From Adineta vaga (Eukaryota; Animalia; Rotifera): DNA of 64,000 bases. Positions within the stretch are counted from its first letter, which is position 1, and every line of letters starts with the position of its first letter. The stretch is from contig CP075496.1 in NCBI GenBank assembly GCA_021613535.1, forward strand, positions 3,472,001-3,536,000. The letters are read 5' to 3'. This document shows positions 42,301 to 52,486 of this stretch, piece after piece. Position numbers and translations under genes: made by a program. Below the pieces are notes generated by a model. It ran no database searches. It saw only the letters and a list, made by a program, of their open reading frames with translations, and was not told the origin of the DNA.

Positions 42301-44448
42301 AACAACAACAGCTGTTTCATTCCAAACATAACCATGAAGATTTTCAACTTTTTCCGGTACAGTTTCGACTGTTTTCACAAGAACTGAATTTGAATAAGCA
42401 GATGGTGTAGCACCAACGAAACCCTTCAATCGAAATTCATATTTCGTATATGGAATTAAATCCATCATCTAAAAGAAATTCTTTTAACATAACAAAAACA
42501 AAGAAATGAAATCTTTACTCGAAATGTAAAACTATAATGTGTCGTTCGTGGATCGACAAGAACTTGTTTATAATCTTGAATATTAATAATATTCATTTCT
42601 TCTTCGTTCATTTCACCATGAGAAGTTGGTAAACGACGATAATAAATAATAAAATGATTAAATCGATCATACCGTCCATTCGATACTCTCCATGTTAATA
42701 AAACACTTCGACTTTGAATATCAGTAGCACTTAACAATGGTTTTGTTTGATTATCTAGAATATATATGTATATATGTACATTCATTTTTTTCATCTTGTC
42801 AATCGATGTCGTTTTCACACACCTGGTATAATAACAGAAATAAATATTTTTGTTGAACCATGCTTATTTTTTGCTTCACAAATATATGTATTCACACCAT
42901 GCATTTCCTGATCAAATCTGAGTAATGCTCGTGTTAAATTTCGTGCAAGAAAATTCGAATCGGATGCTGAGAAGAGAAAGCAAATGAAAATAGGTGATTA
43001 GCTTCATTTTTTTCTTTTTATTAAGAGAAAGAAAACCTCGAATCCAAACAACATCTGCTTCAGGATAACCATCTGCAATACACAGAAGATCTCTAATTCC
43101 ATCATGTTGAAGATCAATTTGAGTATGATTATGTAAATTTTCGCGTATACGAGGATAGATCATGCGTTCTAAATATCAGATCATGCACAAACAAAGAAAA
43201 GACATGCATCGACTATCTCACCTGAAACAATCAATGATCGTATACTGGAAAATGATCGACCAAGAGTATTGGAAGCAATACAAATATAATCACCATCATC
43301 AGCAAGTTCAACAGGATAAACTGACAAGGAACCTATGATGTTAACGGAAGACATTTGTCATTGCAAGTTTAAGAAAAGTCTTCTTTTATTATTTTCAGTT
43401 ATTAGAGTCAAGATTAATTATAGCTTGTCGTTAGATTCCTTCTACTTATTTATGTATTCGTCGTTCTTTTTTTCTTATAGTACTTTGCTTGTTGCATCTT
43501 TTCTTTAGTTTCATCTCATTAGTCGGAAGTTGAAGAATGTCTAAATCAACCTAGGGAATGTTGTTTTTCATCAAAGTTCTAAAGCCAGAAAAGCATATGT
43601 CTCTGTTTAGTTTCGAAAGAAAAACTTCTCAGTTAACATATTCATAATATTCAAAAAGAAAAAAGAAAAAACGTTCATTTTCATACTTGAATGTTTTGTT
43701 TCTTGTATCTTAATTCGTTTACCATCATTTTGTATGAAATGTATTGTTTTTATTCGTTCTGAATGTTCATCAGCAGATGTATTTTTTAAATGTATCCATA
43801 AAAATTGTATTGGATACGGACTTGCTACGGATTGACATTTTGTATGAAATGCGCCACCAATTTGCACTCGTCTTCCAAATGTAGTCGCATCATTTTCATC
43901 GAGAATAAATGGAACATGATATTGTATAGCTAATTTACCTAATTCTCTTTCATTGTACATTCCCATTGATTCATCATATTCATTCATATCATTCAATGGT
44001 AGTTTAACATCGATATAAGCCGATGAAATCATTTCATAAGTTGAATTGATATTTACATGACAGGTATATTTACCAGCGAACATGTCAGGTTCTTTAACAA
44101 CGAGTACACTCGTCGATGTTCCATAATAAAAATCAAAACAATCCGAATTATTAAATAAACGTTTACAATGTGTATCAGTATCATTTGTCTGATCAAATAA
44201 AGATTCATAATGCCAGCGTATTCGTTTGAAATTAATATGATGTGATGTTTGACAAATATGATAAACGAATGCATTAGGTTTATAAACAACAGTTAAATTG
44301 TGTAAATCTCGAAGAAATGATATAGCCAATGTAGTTCCTGTAATGATTAAAAAGAAAACAATAGATACAAAAAAAACAACACAATTGAAAGTTCCGGTTT
44401 ACCTTGAATGAACATCCACAGTTGGTAAATGAACCAAACTACAAACAT
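24377..44448 (-). CDS. Lar: LAR-type (type IIa) receptor protein tyrosine phosphatase: signal peptide, 3 Ig, multiple FN3, TM, tandem PTP D1/D2
   Basis: Signal peptide [15 protein letters not shown]|GTTLA (ATG 44448). Ig domains ([25 protein letters not shown]...YICEAKN) and FN3 exons. [26 protein letters not shown]1 has KNRYANV, YIATQGP, WP|[14 protein letters not shown]; D2 has VHCSAG|AGRTG. Ends [14 protein letters not shown] at 24377. Confidence 0.93.
29837..29963 (-). CDS. Putative alternative first coding exon of the LAR gene: signal peptide only
   Basis: [25 protein letters not shown]..., 127 nt, ending CCT T|GTAAG (phase 1). It is in frame with the FN3 exon 29387-29719 directly downstream. 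Confidence 0.7.
30357..30380. repeat. (GAA)8 microsatellite
   Basis: Perfect GAA run upstream (minus-strand sense) of the 29963 start exon. Confidence 0.85.
31436..33862 (+). CDS. Nested antisense gene inside a LAR intron: low-complexity N-terminus plus degenerate NUDT9-homology domain, about 5 exons
   Basis: The last exon has [38 protein letters not shown] and [14 protein letters not shown], matching NUDT9 motifs. Upstream exons (31436-31762, 31814-31913, ~32590-32660, ~32704-32807) were joined by eye and are less certain. Confidence 0.65.
35264..35642 (-). CDS. FN3 exon of the LAR gene (internal 35264-35602) with an in-frame upstream ATG and hydrophobic leader
   Basis: [23 protein letters not shown]...[20 protein letters not shown]. 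Symmetric phase-1 exon of 339 nt. The upstream extension reads [13 protein letters not shown]. Confidence 0.75.
35796..35820. repeat. (CT)12 microsatellite
   Basis: Perfect CT run about 150 bp upstream (minus-strand sense) of the ATG at 35642. Confidence 0.9.
39432..39780 (-). CDS. Putative alternative first coding exon of the LAR gene: signal peptide + FN3 domain
   Basis: [20 protein letters not shown] followed by an FN3 (LSWMKP...GYTVKYRP...[13 protein letters not shown]). The exon is 349 nt and ends at a phase-1 GT donor. Confidence 0.8.
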
Positions 44449-47400
44449 AGCCAATCAATTCAATCAAAATGATTGCTAGTTTTTCTCGTTTGAAATTCAA
44501 ATCATGTAGGAATTGTAGTTCTATTATTCTTATAAACTAAAAGAACAAGAGAAAATTAACTAGAGAATATGATTCGAATGATGTCATTTGACTGTACTCA
44601 ACGACAACCGATACAGGAAGTACCATCATATCGGACCTCTCTCATATGCCTATCGGGTAGAACGATTGAAAAGAGAGAGAGAGAGAACGAGTATAGTCTT
44701 TGATATAGATTCGATTAGCTCTATCCATCTGTCTGACAAACTTTTTTTTTCTTCTTCTTCTTCATCATCATCATCATCATCATCATTTTCCTTCCTTCAT
44801 AACGTCAACAGAAAAAAAATAGAGGAAGGAAATGAAATGAATCATTCTCGATTCCTCTACACTCTCATTGACAAACCAGTTTCTTATCATCATCATTGCA
44901 TTTTCTATCCTTCAAATGTTCACTAATATATTTATCATTAATTTCGACAGGGCAATAAAAAGAAGAACAAGAAGCTCCATAGTCTCCTAGGACATATTTG
45001 TCGAAATTTATTATAAAAATTTTCTTTTCTCCTCCTAAAAATCGTTTACTTAGCCCTATTGAAATGATTGATAGATCGAATGATGTTACTTCATTGCTGA
45101 TCATCATGTTGATAGTCTCAATGTGAAAGAAAGTGAAGCATATTTTATCACTGATCATTCTCATCTTTAACAAATGATTCTTTGCTTATCTTTTGCTTTC
45201 TGATTGCTGCAACTGCTGTCTTTGTTCTCAAACGTATACAGAGAGAGAGAGAGGAAGAAGATAGAAGAATGTTTGTATCAATCGACAAATCGTTAAACAA
45301 TTACAATTCTTACAATAAACGATATCGGAGTGATAAACGCTTCGAGGGTTGGTAGATATTTCATCGCATGTCTCTCTCTCTCTCTCTGTTTTAAATGAGA
45401 AGAAGAAGAAAAAAAGCGATAGTTTATATGAGCGATGTCGGCATCGATGAAAATGATGATGATGATTTATTTATTGAGTAAATTGAATGCTACAAAGCAT
45501 TTGTATCGAAATGACTCGAAGACTAACCTTGTCAGATTGATAGACATCATTAATTTGACGAATACTGTTCGAATATTGATCACTTGTCGGTGGATAATGT
45601 CATTGTAAGACAATATTATGTGAAAACGAGCAGTAACAAAAAAAATAGGAACTAATTAGTTACTGTTCTTTCCACTATTCCCGGAATACACATCTCTCCG
45701 TACATGCACATTTATTACAAACAGATGAGCGCCTGATTTCCTTTATTTTCCCTGTACACATGAGATGATGTGAAAAAAATTTCCAATCTTTCTTTTTCTT
45801 ACTCTCGTTTTCTCCTCCCTTCTTTTCTCATTTTTCTTCTGTTATTATTAATATTATTGTCGCTTTCTTTTGCATTGCATGTTCTCGTCTCTCTCCCCTT
45901 CTCCCTCTCCCTCTCTCTCTCTTCTTTCGCCTTCACCAAAATCACAAGGCGGAGAAGCGGTTTGCGATTTTGATTATCGTCTTCCTTCTTCTTTTTCTTC
46001 AACTTGTTTCTTTTTCCATAGAAGTAGGAGAAAACTAATGTGAGAAAGAACAAGGTTGCGACAACACTTATTCAATCAACATTTGGGACCGGCAACAAGT
46101 CGATAGCATCAGTTTAGGAAAGATGACTAGAGAAGCAAGGAAATAAAAAATTGTATTAGCTACTAGAATGCATATAACATACATGATCTACTAGATATCT
46201 TCGAAGACATTTCGAGATTTATTAAAAGAACAAAGAATCTCTGTTTTTCACATGACAGAAAGAAGAAAAAAACTGCTGTGACAATGACAATCGATGGTCA
46301 TTTCCAGAATGTTAAGATCTAATCCTTGGAATTACTCACAGTTGTTCTTAGTTTCAGTGCAGAATTAATAAGGAAAACGTGGTATGTTAGTTGTAATGAG
46401 TATGGTGTATGTAGAAGCGCATGTGAGACCTCCTGCTAATAACCTAATCATCAATCTAGTTGTGATTAAACCTACTGGTTTGTTTGCTCGACGTGGTGGA
46501 GAAAATTCATTATGTACTTGGCACACATAGTTATTTCCGGAGCCTTGGCGTAATGAGACAATGATGACAGTGTATCACGGTATATGAACCAAAGAGAAGA
46601 ACATCGCCTGTCCGATTGGCATATCACAAGAATATACTTGAAAAAAAGAGAAAAGGAAAAAGAAAAAGAAAAGAAACAGAAAAATAAAATAGTCAACTAA
46701 TTCAAGTATTATTCTTTGAATGTCGTCCTATTCATTGATAAATATACTTAACATATAGAAATAGTAAACGGAAGAAGAAAAGAAAAAGAAACTTGAAAAG
46801 CATTTAAGTGTATAACATAACTGAAAAATTAACCTGCACTTTAGTATTTTAATTTACTCGCAATTCATTTGCGGCTTTCCTTTCTTCTTCTTCTTCTTGA
46901 ATTTTTTCGTTATAGAATTGCATCATGCATCTGTCAACTTACATTATCACTCAAATAGATCGGTCACGCTTTTCCGAACTACAATAAACAAGAATATTGT
47001 TGAACTATAGATGTCATCTAGATATAATCTCTGGAGAGAGATTGTATGTGAATATACGTGGTTATCGTGTATAACCCATGTTTTCCGTCTCAAATCGGCA
47101 AAGGCGATAAGAAAGAACAAAAAAAGAATTGAGCTTAACAGAAATAAAAAGAAACGACTTATGTGTCCGTACACAATTCAATCATATTTCTTTTTTTCAG
47201 TAAAGAAACTCGTACCGAAATAGAAGAAGAAGAAGAAGAAGAAGGTGAACTAACAATACGTTGATTTCTCAAGCGGGTCGTTTTTCCTTTCTCGCGCTCT
47301 CTTTTTCATTCATATGAAAAAAATTATTGACAAGTACATAGTTTAGAATTGTATATGATCTAAACATGTCACATTATCGATATAATAGACGTTCAAAAAA

Positions 47401-48616
47401 CGATTTTTATCATCGTTGTCGGCAAACAGACGAAGAGATTGTTATTGAAGATAATCTTTTCTCTTTCTTTTTTCGTTAGAACTAATTTACTATGATCTGT
47501 TGAGTTCAACCATATCTAATCGATTTTTCAGGAATACAAAAATACACAGAGGGAAAAATATTTACTTCAATCTTCTTTTCTTGAAACAATGTTTATCATC
47601 TACACGTTTCTTCAATCTAAAAATATCTATTTATGTAGCCCGATGAAAATGTGCAATGGAATTGATTGATTGTTTACTTCTATAGGACTTCGTACTCATC
47701 AATACAGGAGAGAAATTGATGGCAATAGTATTCCTACGAGTCAGTCAGTACCCTTAAGCGATTGCGATGCCCAAGCTAAACACGACGAGCATTTAGTGCT
47801 ACAATGATTTCAATTATCGGATAAGTATGCATCGAAGATCGTGCAACACTATTCCTAACTATTAGAACGTTGATCGTATCAATGCGTAACAACATCCGCT
47901 GCTAATATCGTTTATGCTTCATCATTATGAACTATTTGTTCAATTGATGACGATTGACTCTTGATTTTTTTCTCTCTCGTTCACCAAATCAATAAAACTC
48001 GGATTAGATACACATTGCCACTAATACATTCACATTTTCTTCCATTGTCTATGTTTATATAAGGACACGTTTTTGCCATTAATTAGTTGAACATAAATAG
48101 ATGCACACACACACACATTCTTTCATTGAATTCTCCATAACTTCTAAATGAACATTATATTAATCTCTTCCGTGAAGAGCAATGACCTATTTCTATCTAT
48201 CTTATTAGAATGATTGTTATTCAACTTTCTCCAAATATTATTATATCATTAAGTACCTAAAGTGATAAAAAAGGAACACTAAAGTGTTAATAAATTAATA
48301 AAAAATGCATCATTTATCGATCGTTTGTTTCAGTAAAACTTCTCTTCGATATTATCCGAGCAAATAAATGAACTCTATCTAATTCTGTACGATTTATTTA
48401 AGCTTTACTTGAAGAAAAATCATTGTAACATGCACGATCTAAAAGCTTATATTACTCTATTAAATAATTGTATTGATCGACAGAGAGAAAGAACATATGA
48501 TGTAACATTTTTCTTCCGAATTAATTTAGAAATTTTTATTACAAAACTGGTTTTTTTTTAAATAAAGAACTCGATAAATTGATAAAAAGAAAAAAAATAC
48601 TAAATTGAACTGTTTT

Positions 48617-49322
48617 CTATAAATTTCGACATCGTTGCTTATTTGCTTGTTGATTTTTATGATGATAATCAAGAAGTTTATCGGTTTGAATTACTATTTT
48701 ATCGCGATACATAATATTAAAATTAAACTTTAATGTAAATTCAAATGTAATATTCGAACATAGGTGAACTCGACTGAAATTATCAGTCACATTCGATTGT
48801 AATCTTTCATATCCATTGCCCTTTACGTATCTACCACGATAATGACCTGTTGTATAAATTAATTGTTGAATGACAGGTTTGGATTTCTTCACATAAATTA
48901 TTGAATCTTGATTATATTTTTCACCCAAACGAAATAATTCTTCTAATTCATCTTGTGGTGATTCATTATGTAATATAAGAAAAAAACTTCGTTCTATTCC
49001 ACCATCATATGAACCAATGATCGAGGAGTAGATATAAAAATCTTTAATATCATCAATTAATTTGTTTGTTCGTTGTTGAATGACATAATCGCTTAGATAT
49101 AAATCATTCAACATAGCTGGATTTCTTCCCGCACTTATAATTGCATATCCTCCATTATTCAATAAATGTTCAATCGTTTTCCGTGAAAATGTTAGTGGAT
49201 TAATTGATGACATCCATTCTAAAGAACGAAAATATTTGAAGAAAAGAAAAATTTCGTCAATGAATACCTTCTGTTGTTGGATGGAAACAAGTAACAAGTA
49301 ATAAGGAAATAAAGAGAATCAT
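48617..49322 (-). CDS. Secreted protein with a DUF3293-like / phage-protein-like domain, 2 exons; HGT candidate
   Basis: Exon 1 MILFISLLLVTCFHPTTE, a 49-nt GT-AG intron (49219-49267), then YAIISAGRNP...GSYDGGIERSFFLI...LGEKYNQDSIIY. Confidence 0.7.
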
Positions 49323-49870
49323 TTAATGTTCAATAAGATAGTTTTGAGGATGCAATTATCTTACGAGAAGATTAATGATCTGTAAGCAAAATGAGTTTTA
49401 AACGAAAAAAGAATCGAATTTTTGATGTTATTTTTATTTTTTATTTCTTTGAATTCAATTTATTTTTTTTTTCTATTCCATTTTGACGAGAAGAAAAGAT
49501 GAGGGAAAAACACATACAAGTCGATTGAAGAAGAAGAAGAAGAAGAAGACGACGAAAAAGAGAATGAAGATGTTCTTATACAATTGAAAGGTAAGAAAAG
49601 ATGAATATGATATATATATCAAGAGATCAACAAGCTAATATGACAATAACAATAAGAAAGAGAAGAAAACAGATATAGAATAGGTCTCAATTAATTGTAC
49701 GCGATCAAGAGACAAAAATATATATATAAATAACAAACATATATCATCATTTCGAAAGCACAGTGCTAATTTGAACAATAGGGAAGAATAAACAGAACAA
49801 TAACAAAAAAAAGAGAAAAAAGAAGCATCTAAAGATACATACATATGTATATTGATCTGATCTTTTATTT

Positions 49871-51729
49871 TCATTCACTTGCTAATTGATGAATAAGTGC
49901 TTGTTGTTGTACACAATACAAACTTGCTTGTGATAATTGTTCGTGTTCATAACGTTTAATAAGAATTTCGCATTCTTTACAATTATTTCCGGTAAGAGAT
50001 TTATCAATAAATTGTGCTAAAATTTTAATACCATTTGAAAGTGATTCAAAGGTTTTATATGGTGAACGTTTTTGTAATTCTTCTGGCCAACATTGTTCGA
50101 ATGTTGATGGTTGATTTGGATTGAGAATATGACGTGTGATATATGTTGCACTTGCAGCAATCAATGACGGAGCCAAACCAATACATGATATATCAAGTAA
50201 TGCCATATCGATGAGGAATTTTCCAATTGCATGTTGTTCATCACCTGCACTTGATATGAACGAATAACGACGAAGAAATTGAAGACTAAAATAAAAAGGA
50301 AATTTAAAGACACCATGTATTATTAGTTTTGCTTGTGATTTAGTGAAGAAAGGCAAGCAAGAAACACGTTTTAATGAAAAAACTGTTTCACATGATTAGT
50401 CACAAGGGAAAGCATATTTTCTTATTTACCTGGTTGGTCGATTCAATTCAAAGTGTAATTCATGAAGAATTTTCTTTTCCATTCTTTTTACTTGATCACT
50501 TGTATAAGTATGATCTGTGACATAGACAAGTTCATCTACAGGTGGATGATGAGTTTCCTAGAAATAGAAAAAAGAAAATAGCGTGTTATCTAATCGATAG
50601 TTTCGTCTACAAAAGAGAAAGCTTACTTCAACTTTTGCTGCAATAAGAAATGCAGCAACGGCAATTAATTGTAAATTTTTTTGTGTTACAAACGATGTAC
50701 CAGCTGTTGATGCATTTATACATTGCTGAAGAAAACGATCAAGTAAACCGATGCAACTAGAAAAATAGAAAATAAATTGTTCAAATATTAATTCAATACA
50801 AGTATATCTTATTGTTACTTACATATGCATAGCATCTTGTGATAAATGAAATCTAGCATAAAATAATTGTATAATCCATCCGACAACAATAGTTCGATGT
50901 TTTGTTGTTAATTTCCATGGTCGCGTTGCACTACCATTTGCCATTGTTGCCATTGTTGTTAATGGAAATGATGTTGATGATGATGATGGAACGGTTAAGA
51001 ATGTCGATTGAATTGGATATTTTTTTTCTAATGTATATAGTAAATTCATTATATCAGCAACATAATCCATTGCATATGTTGGATCAATTGGTTCATCATC
51101 TTCATCGGTTTGTAAATCATCATCAGTTAATGCTTGTTCAATAATTTCAATTGTGAATTCTTCGGCTGTATATTTATCAATAATTTGTACAGGTATTATA
51201 ATTGCTTTTTTACGTAATGTATTGGATATTGTTGGACGTTTTGATGCACGATTTTCTTTGTTATCATTACTAATAGAAAATTTTGTTTTGGGTTGTTCAA
51301 CCAAATCCATTTTTTTGACATTTTCAGCTAATGATGCTACAATCTTTTTTCCGAAAAAAAAAGAAAATGAATTCAATGAATAGATCTTATTCAATGAAAA
51401 CTTACAACTTGTTTTAATGTTTCGCCTTCTCCAGTTGAATTATCTAATGAAGAACCTGAAACAATCACAGCTAATTTATGTAATGAACGTCGTCGTTTGA
51501 AGACGATATTGTTTTTTGCACTTGTACTTGATCGTCGAGCTTGAACTTGTTGTTTGTTGAGACCAATTGTAGTTAGATCATTTTCACTTTTAATCTGTTC
51601 ATTTTGAATCGGTTTTAATGTATTTGTTGATGGAGCAAGAATTGAATTGCGAATTTTTGATTGACGTGCTAAGGAAGCTTTCGTTGGACGTGGAACAATA
51701 ACTGATGGACGCTTGATTGATGGTCGCAT
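49871..51729 (-). CDS. B-type (G2/mitotic) cyclin, divergent, 5 exons
   Basis: DYVADIMNLLYTLE; cyclin box HRTIVVGWIIQL...LLDRFL...LQLIAVAAFLIAAKVE|ETHHPPVDELVYVTDHTYT...MEKKIL; PT|SLQFLRRYS; PSLIAASA. Confidence 0.85.
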
Positions 51730-52130
51730 AATGGAAACTTTTGACTTAAAAGACAAGGAAACGAAATGATCTAGAAGATAAACGTTGATAATTATGAAAA
51801 ATTCATCATAAGACAAAGAATGAATTCTGTCGATATTTCACTGAACGATATCGGCAGCCGCGAACAAAGAAATTGAAAATCAAGTAGAATTTTATTTTCA
51901 ATTAATTTATTGAATTTAAAGAAGTTTTTTGTTTGTAATTTTAAAGAATTTTCCGAAAAAAAAGTTTTCTTTTTATAAAGTGCATAGATGTGTTGAAAAA
52001 GTATGGAGGTGAGATAATTCGATGTATTGACCAATGAAATTCGTTCACCTATGAGAATGCAAACGATGTACGGGGCAACTTGTTTTTCTTTTCACTTTAC
52101 TGTCGATCTCGTATCTGATATTGATTAACG

Positions 52131-52261
52131 ATGCGAGCTAAATGGCGTAAGAAACGTATGCGACGTTTGAAACGTAAAAGAAGACGTAAGTTTAAAATAT
52201 ATTTAATTAAATTCATTTAACCTTCGATCTTATTTTAGGTATGCGTGAAAGATCCAAATAA
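52131..52261 (+). CDS. RPL41: Ribosomal protein L41 (eL41/eS32), 2 exons (52131-52185, 52239-52261)
   Basis: The spliced product is MRAKWRKKRMRRLKRKRRRMRERSK* (25 aa), the characteristic RPL41 peptide. A pyrimidine tract lies upstream (~52083-52100). Confidence 0.96.
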
Positions 52262-52486
52262 ACTATCAGTTCATCATCCAAATGGAAAACAACAAATGAC
52301 CTCAAAAATAACCATTAATTCAGATTCAATCTCGTTTACGTTGTTTTTTTTAATGAAAATTTGTTTGTTTTTTAAAATGGATGATGTATATGAATAAACC
52401 GAGACACAAGAAGGAAAATCATCACTAAAACGCATCTTTCATTTGTTTTTCTTTTCTTTTCAATACTCGAATAGATCGATTGAATA

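Noticed and set aside
47680-47930. Relatively GC-rich intergenic patch (similar patch at ~34280-34510)
   Set aside because: Could be transposon remnants, but no terminal repeats, target-site duplication, ORF or second copy is visible.
33900-48500. Numerous 60-110 aa Phe/Leu/Ile/Lys-rich ORFs in LAR introns and upstream DNA
   Set aside because: Products of A/T runs and microsatellites, often with non-ATG starts and no domain motifs.
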